Shown here: positions 1 to 8,350 of the stretch, piece by piece
Numbering within the stretch: position 1 is the first letter of the stretch
Layout of the letters: every line of letters begins with the position of its first letter
IMG/VR virus record: IMGVR_UViG_3300032332_001381
Coordinates: 1-25,543 of that record
DNA length: 25,543 bases
From: a virus
Lineage: Duplodnaviria > Caudoviricetes
Reading direction: 5' to 3' (one strand)
Translations under genes and position numbers: made by a program
The notes under the pieces: model-generated
Database searches by the model: none
What the model saw: the letters and a program-made list of their open reading frames with translations, nothing else
Told to the model about the DNA's origin: nothing

Positions 1-21
1 ATCAATTTTTGGTAAAGCCAT
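1..21 (-). CDS. 5' end of a probable baseplate hub subunit (T4 gp26-like), truncated by the window edge
   Basis: Minus strand reads ATG GCT TTA CCA AAA ATT GAT (MALPKID), preceded by GAAAAGGAAATAAACT (SD-like AAGGA). MALPKI is the usual N-terminus of gp26-like proteins in environmental T4-like phages. Only 7 codons are visible. Confidence 0.55.
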
Positions 22-55
22 AGTTTATTTCCTTTTCATATAATAAATGATAATG

Positions 56-799
56 TTAGGGTCCAACTCCGTTAGAAAGGGTATCAACGGTATTGCCATA
101 TGTTTCTAAAAAATTTTTACGATTTGCTGTTTGGTCGCTTGGAACTGTACTTTGTACATTATTAGGATATGCTAGCGCACCGTCGCGACTATTAGTATTA
201 TTAAAAAATTTAGTTTGGGAGTTCGCATCAAAGCTGCCGTTATCTTTAAGAAAAGCCTGTTTAGCAAGTTCTTCAGGATCTATAATTTGCCAATATCTAT
301 ATGCAAAAGTTACACTTAACTTATGATAACTATCATTAGACCAATCCAAGTCTAATTGATTAACAGAAATAGGAAAAGCATCAATTAATGCAATTGAATA
401 TGTTGTTTTAGATATAGCGCCATCATATTGATAAACATAAAAATCGGTAATATAATCATCTCTATAATTAAAATCAAATGATGATGTTGGATTAATTAAA
501 TTTAACCATGCATCAAAGAATTTTCTTTCAGACATATCTTCAGAAACAATAAAAGTCATTTCAATGTCATTATATGTTGTATGATAGGCATGTTTTTCTG
601 TTGGATTAGTACCAAATTTTTGTTCAGTGGTCGCAAATGTTCTACTTGGAAATTGTGTGGATTCACATCTAAATGTTAAATTTCTAGCAGTATCGCGATA
701 ATTTATTAATCCATTAGGCGGCGGCATTATAACATCAAAAAGTTTTGGTCTTGCAATATCAGTTACAAATGAATCTCTAAATTGTGTTAAACTTGGCAT
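56..799 (-). CDS. gp54: Tail-tube-fold baseplate tube initiator (T4 gp54/gp19-like)
   Basis: 247 aa. Motifs ARPKLFDV, FRCESTQFP, ERKFFDAW, DAFPISV..LDW and KLSVTFAYRYW are typical of the gp19/gp54 fold. It sits next to gp2 and a gp26-like gene. Confidence 0.75.
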   Translation of the reverse strand: MPSLTQFRDSFVTDIARPKLFDVIMPPPNGLINYRDTARNLTFRCESTQFPSRTFATTEQKFGTNPTEKHAYHTTYNDIEMTFIVSEDMSERKFFDAWLNLINPTSSFDFNYRDDYITDFYVYQYDGAISKTTYSIALIDAFPISVNQLDLDWSNDSYHKLSVTFAYRYWQIIDPEELAKQAFLKDNGSFDANSQTKFFNNTNSRDGALAYPNNVQSTVPSDQTANRKNFLETYGNTVDTLSNGVGP

Positions 800-801
800 T
801 T

Positions 802-1422
802 TTATTCTTCTTGGTTAAAGTGTGACATATGGTCTTTGTAGTGTTGCATCGAATCTTTCCATACAGTTGATGCTCGAGCACCTTTAAATTGTTGTATAGG
901 TATCATTGCTGCAACATCCCATTCATTTGGTTGAACCATCAATAATTTAGACCTCAGGTGGCTAAATAAATATCTTTTCAACATTGGTTTAATTTCCACA
1001 TATCTTTTGGATGCATTTAGGATTTCATAGGACACCCGCATACGTTTAATATCATCTTCCGGTGTCAGTTGGGCAAACTTCATCAATTTGGACATAAATG
1101 CCATTCTCATCTTAATCGGCAAATAATGTAGGTTTAACCCTAGGAATCCATCATTATATTTCTCCAACACCAAAATAACAGGAAATTTATCCCAATAAGG
1201 CAAATCTGCTTTTGTTTTTGGATCATAAAAGAAACAATACATCATTCCAATTCTTAATGTTGAAGCCCTCCTAAAGGTTTCCGCATTGATTGTTGTAGCA
1301 ATTCTGTCGGGTCTTTTAATTTCTTCTATCTTGTCTTTAAGCCAGGCAATTGAGTCCTGCGACATGGTCTTATAACCTGCCGTTACTTTTTGTTCTGTTA
1401 ATGTTGTTAGTTTAGATGCCAT
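802..1422 (-). CDS. gp2: DNA end protector protein (T4 gp2-like)
   Basis: 206 aa. GMMYCFFYDPKTKADLPYWDKFP and GFLGLNLHYLP match T4-type gp2. Adjacent to gp4. Confidence 0.92.
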   Translation of the reverse strand: MASKLTTLTEQKVTAGYKTMSQDSIAWLKDKIEEIKRPDRIATTINAETFRRASTLRIGMMYCFFYDPKTKADLPYWDKFPVILVLEKYNDGFLGLNLHYLPIKMRMAFMSKLMKFAQLTPEDDIKRMRVSYEILNASKRYVEIKPMLKRYLFSHLRSKLLMVQPNEWDVAAMIPIQQFKGARASTVWKDSMQHYKDHMSHFNQEE

Positions 1423-1426
1423 GCAG

Positions 1427-1434
1427 TATTTAGT
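1427..1434 (-). promoter_or_regulatory. T4-type late promoter-like motif ACTAAATA upstream of gp2
   Basis: Minus strand reads ACTAAATA-CTGC-ATG in the gp4/gp2 gap. Resembles the T4 gp55 consensus TATAAATA. Confidence 0.65.
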
Positions 1435-1868
1435 CAGAGTCCCAAATGGTCTTCAGTTATAACCATGAACACCCAACCTCGGTCAAGCGCAAATTCTTCT
1501 GCGGCTTTCCATTTTGCTTGATTTACCCCCCATGTTGTCACTTCTTGGATGTATTGTTTTGTTATTCTTTTCTTCTTTTCTGGTTCAACTGATTGCTTTT
1601 TAGGTTTGACTTCAATAATCATGGTCTTTAATTTATTGTCTTTGGTTCGAGATTTTACTAAGAAATCAGGAAAATACCTGTGTCTTTTGCCATCTACGGG
1701 TGATATATAAGGAATTACAAGTTCTTCTGATGCCCAAGAGATTATATCAGAATTTAAATCTAACCAGGACATGACTTTACATTCCCAGGAAGAGCGATAA
1801 ATAATATTAGTGTAATCACCCACATACTTGTGTGGATATTTGGGTATAAATTTGCCTGAGTATGCCAT
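1434..1868 (-). CDS. gp4: Head completion nuclease (T4 gp4-like, TnsA-type PD-(D/E)xK fold)
   Basis: MAYSGKFIPKYPHKYVGD, IIYRSSWE, WASEE, HRYFPDF, IEVKP and NQAKWKAA. The true start is taken as the ATG at 1868 (144 aa), because the track's extension to 1991 overlaps the divergent gp48. Confidence 0.92.
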   Translation of the reverse strand: MAYSGKFIPKYPHKYVGDYTNIIYRSSWECKVMSWLDLNSDIISWASEELVIPYISPVDGKRHRYFPDFLVKSRTKDNKLKTMIIEVKPKKQSVEPEKKKRITKQYIQEVTTWGVNQAKWKAAEEFALDRGWVFMVITEDHLGL

Positions 1869-1882
1869 AAATAGTATGTATA
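1866..1882. promoter_or_regulatory. Face-to-face pair of late-promoter-like motifs (CATAAATA on +, TATACATA on -) between divergent gp4 and gp48
   Basis: Sequence CATAAATA-G-TATGTATA. Each half has one mismatch to TATAAATA on its own strand, and the pair sits at the only divergence point in the window. Confidence 0.6.
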
Positions 1883-1899
1883 ATCTTTTTGGAAAATAA

Positions 1900-3033
1900 A
1901 TGGCCGAAATCACAGTAACAAACCTCATGCTTAACGCCGTTGGGCGCCGTAATGCAGGCCCTTTAAATGGTCTTGCTAAAACTCTAGGCATATCTACATT
2001 TCAATATCCTTCCGATTTAGGAACAGATGGTAGTAAAAAACATTATGTTACATTTTTAGCAAAAGAAATTGTGCCACAGACATATGCCATAACTGAAGGA
2101 GCTAAGAATATAGGTGTTGCAGTTTATAACGCTGGGGCCGCTGCTGGCCAGTATTTAGAATCAACGGCCAAACAAGCTTTGAATATGGATAATAATGGAA
2201 CCGCAGCCACTGGCACCAGTAATGTGACTGATGCTGCGCCCAAAGTGGACGGTACCCCTGTGATTGGCGCACTTGCAAGCGCTTCCAAAGCTATACAAGA
2301 TAATATTAACAATTTAGTTAGTATTACAAAAAACAGGCAAGCTATAAACTCTATTATTGCTCTTTATATGCCAGATACTTTGCAAGCAACATATAAAGCT
2401 GATTATGCCTCATTTAGTCTCAGAGATGAGTTGGCTGGTCCTTTAAATAATATTAGAGGTGTTGCGTCAATAGCACAAGCTGGGTTGAATGCATCTGAGA
2501 ATCCAATAGATGCTATGAGTTCGGATCCGGCCGCGATAAAATTTGCTTTAGATACTTTATTTGGTGGAAAAGATTTATCTTCAGGTATATTACAAACACA
2601 AGGATATGCTTCAAATCCACAATTACAAATGATTTATCATGGTGCGCCTTTTAGGTCTTTTACATTAAATTTTGTTTTTACTCCAAAATCAATGGCTGAA
2701 GCTAATGAAGTTGAAGAAATTATTCATAAATTTAAATACTATGCTGCACCAGAATTAAAAACAGCCGGCCAAACAAATTCCATGTTTTTAATTCCACCAG
2801 CTTTGTTTGAAATTAAATTTTATTACGACGGTTCAGAAAATTTAAAACTTCCAAAATATGCAGATTGTGTTTTAGAGGATATTCAGATTGATTATGCTCC
2901 AAATGGTTTTGCTGCACATACAGATGGCGCCCCAATACAAACACATTTATCACTAAGTTTCCATGAAGTTGAGATTGTTGATAAAGCCAGATTAGATAAA
3001 GGTTACAATGGTATTGATGGGGGGTTAAGATAA
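1900..3033 (+). CDS. gp48: Baseplate tail-tube cap (T4 gp48-like)
   Basis: 377 aa. FQYPSDL, IALYMPD, NPQLQMIYHGAPFRSFTLNFVFTPKS..EA, CVLEDIQIDYAPNG and LSLSFHEVEI. Confidence 0.85.
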   Translation: MAEITVTNLMLNAVGRRNAGPLNGLAKTLGISTFQYPSDLGTDGSKKHYVTFLAKEIVPQTYAITEGAKNIGVAVYNAGAAAGQYLESTAKQALNMDNNGTAATGTSNVTDAAPKVDGTPVIGALASASKAIQDNINNLVSITKNRQAINSIIALYMPDTLQATYKADYASFSLRDELAGPLNNIRGVASIAQAGLNASENPIDAMSSDPAAIKFALDTLFGGKDLSSGILQTQGYASNPQLQMIYHGAPFRSFTLNFVFTPKSMAEANEVEEIIHKFKYYAAPELKTAGQTNSMFLIPPALFEIKFYYDGSENLKLPKYADCVLEDIQIDYAPNGFAAHTDGAPIQTHLSLSFHEVEIVDKARLDKGYNGIDGGLR

Positions 3034-3692
3034 TGAAATATTTCAATACTCTACCTAAAATAGCTACTATTGATTATAGTGGAAATTATATTGTTTTAAC
3101 AAATTTAATGATTAGAGCAGAAATTATTCCAGGTTTACTGAATAATCCTTCATTATTCTATTCTTATGATACAAAAGAAGGTGATACTCCTGAGATAATT
3201 GCAACAAAATACTACGGTGATCCTTATCGTTATTGGATTGTTTTATTTGCAAATCAAATGATTGATCCACAATGGAATTGGCCAATGAATTCTAATTTAT
3301 TCACCAATTTTGTTGTTGAGAAATATAGAAGTGATGCTGCAAACAATTTATCAATTTCGGCCAATACAATAACACCTTCACAAGTCATTTCTTATACACA
3401 AACAATAATAAAAAATTATGTAAAAACTGTGACAACGATTGATAGTACATCATCAGAAGTTACTACTAAAAATTATTATTTAGATTTGAACGCTTATAAT
3501 AACACATTCGAAACAAGTAAGACTAAAAATTTTGCATCAGGCGCTCAAGTTATTGAAAACATATCTAAATCAAGACAAACAATATATGATTATGAAAATG
3601 AACTAAATGAATCACGTAGGACAATCAACTTAGTTAATTCTGATTATGTCTCTAGATTTGAATTGCAATTTTACAACTTAATGAAGATATAA
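3033..3692 (+). CDS. gp53: Baseplate wedge subunit (T4 gp53-like, LysM-like)
   Basis: 219 aa. MKYFNTLP, EGDTPEIIATKYYGDPYRYWIVLFAN and YDYENELNESRRTI. TAATG overlap with gp48. Confidence 0.9.
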   Translation: MKYFNTLPKIATIDYSGNYIVLTNLMIRAEIIPGLLNNPSLFYSYDTKEGDTPEIIATKYYGDPYRYWIVLFANQMIDPQWNWPMNSNLFTNFVVEKYRSDAANNLSISANTITPSQVISYTQTIIKNYVKTVTTIDSTSSEVTTKNYYLDLNAYNNTFETSKTKNFASGAQVIENISKSRQTIYDYENELNESRRTINLVNSDYVSRFELQFYNLMKI

Positions 3693-3693
3693 T

Positions 3694-5070
3694 ATGGCAG
3701 ATAATACGCCGAGTGCTCCTGGTATAATATATCCTAACGATTATACATTAATAAAGTTAACATTATATACAGCCACCGCACCTTTAGATTGTAGATTCAT
3801 TTTAGAAGAATTATCATATAATGAGGATATTTTTAATAATACTGCCTCAGGTTATTTGATGATTAAGGATTCACAAGGTTTTTTTAATAGTTTGAACCTA
3901 AACGGTAATGAATTCATTCAAATATCTTTTGGTAAAGGTGATAACACTACAAACATTATTGATAAGACTTTCCGTGTGTTTAATGTAATGAGGAGAATAC
4001 CTGAAATTGATGGTAATACGGAATCATATTCAATTTATTTCTGTTCTGAGGAATTATTTTTATCTGAACAATATAAAATAAGTAAATCTTATAAAAACTC
4101 CGATATAACCACAAATATCAAAGATATTTTAAACACCTACTTAAAAGTTCCCGCAAAGAAAATTTCACAGATTGATAAAACATATGGTGTTTACGATTTC
4201 ATTATTCCATATTTAAAACCTTTTGATGCTATCAACTGGTTATCCACATATGCAAGACCAGGTGAAAATAACTTTGGTGATTGGAGTATGATTGGTGCGG
4301 ATATGTTATTTTATGAGGATAAATTTGGATATAATTTTAGGTCATTACAATCTTTATATTCACAGAGACCATTGAGGCAGTATTTTTATAATCCAAAAAA
4401 TTTAAATGTTACTGACCTAGCGTACAATTTATCAAATGCATTATCATATGAAATAATGGATTCTTTTGATACGTTGGGTGCTATTAATCAAGGAGCTTTT
4501 TCCAATCGTTTATTATCAGTTGATGTATTACTAAGAAGATATAAAAAAACAGATTTTAATTACAATGATTATGTTCAAAAGGCTACAAGTTTAAATCCAT
4601 GGCCAATCATAAACAATTACAAAAATCGTTTTGGCCACCGACTATTTGAAACGCCTGAAGCTTCACTTAAATTATCTTTTTCAAATCCAAATCAAAATGA
4701 ATCTCCACTTATCGCAAGTCATCCTGGATCAGTTGCTCATGATGTTTTTGCAGAGACCTACATACCAAATAGAACCGCACAATTACCTTTGGCGAATTAT
4801 ACAAGAGTAAAAATATCTGTTCCGGGTGATCCTGCTTTAACTGCCGGTGTTGTTATTGATTTTAATTTAACATCTAAGAATCCAGATCCGGCGCAAAAAG
4901 GTCCAGATGAATATTATTCAGGCAATTATTTGGTCACTGCCGTAAGGCATTTGTTAACTCGCTTTCAATATAGAACAATTTTAGAATTGTGTAAACAAAG
5001 TTCTACCCGACCATATGCATCAATTAATAATACTTCAGACTGGAATAATGTTGTCAAAGGAAATATATAA
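3694..5070 (+). CDS. Baseplate central hub protein (gp27/VgrG-N/Mu gp44-like)
   Basis: 458 aa between gp53 and gp5. Motifs LNGNEFIQI, FYEDKFGYNFRSL, ISVPGDPALTAG and YSGNYLVTAVRH are typical of contractile-tail hubs. Confidence 0.72.
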   Translation: MADNTPSAPGIIYPNDYTLIKLTLYTATAPLDCRFILEELSYNEDIFNNTASGYLMIKDSQGFFNSLNLNGNEFIQISFGKGDNTTNIIDKTFRVFNVMRRIPEIDGNTESYSIYFCSEELFLSEQYKISKSYKNSDITTNIKDILNTYLKVPAKKISQIDKTYGVYDFIIPYLKPFDAINWLSTYARPGENNFGDWSMIGADMLFYEDKFGYNFRSLQSLYSQRPLRQYFYNPKNLNVTDLAYNLSNALSYEIMDSFDTLGAINQGAFSNRLLSVDVLLRRYKKTDFNYNDYVQKATSLNPWPIINNYKNRFGHRLFETPEASLKLSFSNPNQNESPLIASHPGSVAHDVFAETYIPNRTAQLPLANYTRVKISVPGDPALTAGVVIDFNLTSKNPDPAQKGPDEYYSGNYLVTAVRHLLTRFQYRTILELCKQSSTRPYASINNTSDWNNVVKGNI

Positions 5071-5399
5071 TGTCTAAAGTGACATCCAATTTTGCAGGTT
5101 TAAATGGATTCGTTTGGTGGGTTGGTGTTGTTAAAGACAGAGCTGATCCTTTGGGTATTGGTCGTTGTAGAGTCAGAATATTTGGCTGGCACACAGATGA
5201 TATTACTTTGATTCCTGATAACGAATTGCCTTGGGCAACACCAATGAATGCTATAAATAGTTCTAAAACTGTACAACCTTTAGAAATAAATGATTGGGTT
5301 CTTGGTTTCTTTATGGATGGTGAGAGTGGCCAATTTCCAATAATGATGGGTGTTTTACCGGGATTAAAACCAGAACAAAAAGCCGGATGGTCTATATAA
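5070..5399 (+). CDS. gp5: Stand-alone gp5 N-terminal OB-fold domain
   Basis: 109 aa. WWVGVVKDRADPLGIGRCRVRIFGWH, LPWA and WVLGFFMDGESGQFPIMMG are the classic gp5/VgrG OB-fold motifs. The ORF stops immediately after the domain. Confidence 0.88.
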   Translation: MSKVTSNFAGLNGFVWWVGVVKDRADPLGIGRCRVRIFGWHTDDITLIPDNELPWATPMNAINSSKTVQPLEINDWVLGFFMDGESGQFPIMMGVLPGLKPEQKAGWSI

Positions 5400-5410
5400 A
5401 AGGATAAAAT

Positions 5411-6253
5411 ATGACAGATGCAACACAACCTGGTTTTGTTAATGTTACTGAAACACAAACAATAAAAGGTAGAACAACCGAAAAAAATCCACCATTGTGG
5501 CCTTATAATGGTTCTTTCAATGTAGCCGGCACACAAACAACTCCAGGAATATCTAGAGGCGCTTTGATAAACACCGGTGTTTATATAACAAATAGTCAAA
5601 TAGCACACGTTTGTGATTTTAAGTTCAATTTAACTTCTGCATTATCTTTGGATGCTTTGATTCCAAATCTAGGAATACTTGCTGGTGCTATCAAAAATGG
5701 CCAAAACCGGGCAGCGGCCGCAGTTCGCACTGCATTGGCTAAATTAAACCAGTTGTTTAGAGCAGCAATGGATGCTATCTTAAAAGGTTTAAATTTAGAT
5801 ATAACTGGCGTATTTTCTGTGGAATTTTCTTCACTTAAAAAAATTGTAAGAGAGATAAATGAAAAAATTAAAGTAATTGCACAAATAGTTGCAGATGTTG
5901 CTTTTGTATATTACCTTATTAAAGATATTGAAGAAATAGTTAAATGGATAGAAGATTTACCAGAAAGAACAAAAAATATATTAAAAGAATGTTTAACAAA
6001 CTTTACAACTTCTGTAGGTAATATTCCAGAAATTCTTAAAGGCAATTTGGAAAATGCACAAGTTTCTATTACAAATTCTATTGTTAATGCACTAACAGAA
6101 AACCAAGGCCAAGCACCGCAACCTACCAGCCAGTTTGTTTCAGCAATTGTTGATCCAGTAAATACCAAGATTGATAATCTAACTAGTCAAATTAGTGGTT
6201 CAGTAGAAGCCGGAAAATCAAAAGCTTCAGCCGGTTTTGGTAGCAAACCTTAA
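5411..6253 (+). CDS. Unknown, largely amphipathic-helical protein inside the gp5 locus
   Basis: 280 aa with its own SD (AAGGA at 5400-5404). TTPGISRG resembles the post-OB linker of gp5. It is followed by an HVCD motif and a long helical region. No lysozyme motif recognised. Confidence 0.75.
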   Translation: MTDATQPGFVNVTETQTIKGRTTEKNPPLWPYNGSFNVAGTQTTPGISRGALINTGVYITNSQIAHVCDFKFNLTSALSLDALIPNLGILAGAIKNGQNRAAAAVRTALAKLNQLFRAAMDAILKGLNLDITGVFSVEFSSLKKIVREINEKIKVIAQIVADVAFVYYLIKDIEEIVKWIEDLPERTKNILKECLTNFTTSVGNIPEILKGNLENAQVSITNSIVNALTENQGQAPQPTSQFVSAIVDPVNTKIDNLTSQISGSVEAGKSKASAGFGSKP

Positions 6254-6266
6254 TGGAAATTATATA

Positions 6267-7085
6267 ATGGTAGATACAGTAAACAAACCAAGTTTCTTTT
6301 CAGGATGGACTGAACCAGAATCGGCCGCAAATACCGATTATCAACCCGTTTATCCTTACAATAATGCAACACAAACTGCCAGCGGACATGCGTTTGAGAT
6401 GGATGACACTCCAACAAGGGAACGCATAAGGCTACAGCATAGAACGTTGACCTTCATTGAAATGCATCCTAATGGTGATGAGGTGCATAAGATATGTGGT
6501 GATGGATATGAAATCATCCTCAAAGACAAGAACATGTTGGTCAATGGTAATCTCAACATTACTGTGAATGGTAATGCAAATATTTACACCAAAGGTAGTT
6601 TTGTGCAAGAGGTTGAGGGTGATTATGAATTACATGTCAAAGGAAATTATACCACTTCTGTTGAAGGTTTAACTAGTTTTAATTCGCAAGGTGATATGAC
6701 AATACAAGCCGGCGGTGCATTAGGTGGTGGTTTAACTGTTGTTCCAGGAGATTATGTAAGTATTAGGGGTGACTTAAAAGTTAATGGTGAAGTCGCCGCA
6801 GATAAAATTTATTCTTCTGGTCGTGTAGACTGTGCATCTGGAATGTCAGCGTTAGCTGGAGGTTTTGCAACTTTAGGTGGTGGAATTTCTGTAGGTCCAT
6901 TGGCACCAATAATTGGACAAATTAATTGTGTTGGACCAATCAATTCATTGGTTTCCATGAGGGCGCCTTTGATTACTGCAATGTTTGCGAAAGATGTTAT
7001 TAACTCCGCAATAAGAAACACGCAAATACATATTGCACCTAATGGACCAACAAGTCCGCCAACTAGCCCAGAAATTTCAGCTTAG
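6267..7085 (+). CDS. gp5: gp5 C-terminal beta-helix spike protein
   Basis: WTEPES..YPYNNATQTASGHAFEMDDTPTRERIRLQH..FIEMHPNG, then 8-residue VxGx repeats (VNGNLNIT, VNGNANIY, VEGDYELH, VKGNYTTS). ATG at 6267 preferred over TTG at 6237. Confidence 0.85.
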   Translation: MVDTVNKPSFFSGWTEPESAANTDYQPVYPYNNATQTASGHAFEMDDTPTRERIRLQHRTLTFIEMHPNGDEVHKICGDGYEIILKDKNMLVNGNLNITVNGNANIYTKGSFVQEVEGDYELHVKGNYTTSVEGLTSFNSQGDMTIQAGGALGGGLTVVPGDYVSIRGDLKVNGEVAADKIYSSGRVDCASGMSALAGGFATLGGGISVGPLAPIIGQINCVGPINSLVSMRAPLITAMFAKDVINSAIRNTQIHIAPNGPTSPPTSPEISA

Positions 7086-7095
7086 GAATTATAAT

Positions 7096-7941
7096 ATGAG
7101 TATATATGGAAGATTAGGATTTAATTCAACAGACTCCATCACAGCTGCGACTGTAACAAACTATAGTAGTGGAGTTGCAAATAATATGGCAATAATGCCA
7201 AATTTGTTGCCATATGCATGGCAAATTGAAGACATATCCAACTCAAATGCTAGTGGTTATTTTGTTAATCCTGTTTATTCTTCTGCTAGTTCAATTTTAA
7301 CTGTGACAGGATATACCGCAGGAATATTTATAACTTATAATCCATCATCATCAATTTCAACTAATATTACTAATCTCTTATATAATATAGCCACCACTTC
7401 AATAAACATTTACAATACAGCTGCACCAAATTACATATATGTTACAAACAGAGAGTCGAATGTTGTTAGTCCAGGTTCAGATATCACCACCGTACATTAC
7501 CAAATGGCCATTGGCCATGGAAAATTACTATCATATTTGACATATCAATCTGATGGAATCCAAAATAATTCTCCAATCATGGGTAATTTTACAAGTTTAA
7601 CATTAGGTGATACATTAAGTAGCCTCAATTCATCATTGATTATCTATTATAATACATTAGCCAACAGTATTACAATTACTTCCAATGGCAATGGAGGATA
7701 TGCAAATACTTCAAACATTAGTTTATCTAATGCACAAGGATTTTCAGATACCGTAAATACAATCAATACTTTGATGACAACATATCCAGCACAAGATAAT
7801 GCTTTTTTTACAAACTCTAAAAGTGTAATTGCTGATTATTCTGTGGTTTCATCACTAGGAGATTTAGGATCAACTGAAAACTATTTGGTAAACAATTATA
7901 TTGGAACGGATAAGTTAAAAACCAGGATAAACTCCCAATAA
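7096..7941 (+). CDS. Hypothetical N/S/T/Y-rich virion protein between the spike and gp25
   Basis: Open frame with host-consistent codon use. ATG at 7096 is preceded by AGGA (7084-7087), giving 281 aa. No family recognised. Confidence 0.7.
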   Translation: MSIYGRLGFNSTDSITAATVTNYSSGVANNMAIMPNLLPYAWQIEDISNSNASGYFVNPVYSSASSILTVTGYTAGIFITYNPSSSISTNITNLLYNIATTSINIYNTAAPNYIYVTNRESNVVSPGSDITTVHYQMAIGHGKLLSYLTYQSDGIQNNSPIMGNFTSLTLGDTLSSLNSSLIIYYNTLANSITITSNGNGGYANTSNISLSNAQGFSDTVNTINTLMTTYPAQDNAFFTNSKSVIADYSVVSSLGDLGSTENYLVNNYIGTDKLKTRINSQ

Positions 7942-7945
7942 GAGT

Positions 7946-7953
7946 AATAAATA
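7946..7953 (+). promoter_or_regulatory. Late promoter-like motif AATAAATA upstream of gp25
   Basis: Intergenic AATAAATA-ACAG-ATG, one mismatch to TATAAATA. Confidence 0.65.
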
Positions 7954-7957
7954 ACAG

Positions 7958-8350
7958 ATGGCAACTGCACAAAAAATATATTCAGATTTAGACCTAACAT
8001 TCAAACGTGTTCCTGGCACGAATGATGTGGCTATGCGTTACAATGAAAATGCTGTTATTTCTTCAGTTAGAAATCTTCTGTTGACTAATTTTTATGAGAG
8101 GCCTTTTCAGCCAGACATTGGTTCAAATTTAGATGGTTTATTGTTTCAGCCAGCGACCAATTTGACTGCACATATGTTGGAGTCTGAAATAAAAAATGTT
8201 ATCAATAATTATGAACCGAGAGTTACTGTTGATGTTTTGGAAGTAACTCTAAATGCAGATAATAATTCTTTTTCTGTATATTTTAGTTTTTTTGTGGGAA
8301 ATAATACAATGCCTACAACAGTTAATCTAATTCTTCAAAGGTCCAGATAA
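7958..8350 (+). CDS. gp25: Baseplate wedge/sheath initiator (T4 gp25-like)
   Basis: 130 aa. YSDLDLTF, SVRNLLLTNFYERPFQPDIGS and INNYEPRV. Confidence 0.93.
   Translation: MATAQKIYSDLDLTFKRVPGTNDVAMRYNENAVISSVRNLLLTNFYERPFQPDIGSNLDGLLFQPATNLTAHMLESEIKNVINNYEPRVTVDVLEVTLNADNNSFSVYFSFFVGNNTMPTTVNLILQRSR

Noticed and set aside
1876-1899. 7-codon upstream ORF (MYNLFGK) in frame with and abutting gp48
   Set aside because: Its ATG lies only 2 nt after the promoter motif, probably upstream of the transcript start. It is explained by the promoter palindrome and the GGAAAATAAATG ribosome-binding context.
1869-1991. N-terminal extension of gp4 in the ORF track (similar extensions at 6237 and 7033)
   Set aside because: The extensions overlap neighbouring genes, and family-typical N-termini or SD sequences point to the downstream ATGs.
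6207-6253. Programmed frameshift fusing the helical protein to the beta-helix gene (the frames overlap by 47 nt)
   Set aside because: No convincing slippery sequence or stimulatory structure is visible, and an ATG with upstream GGA at 6267 explains independent initiation.
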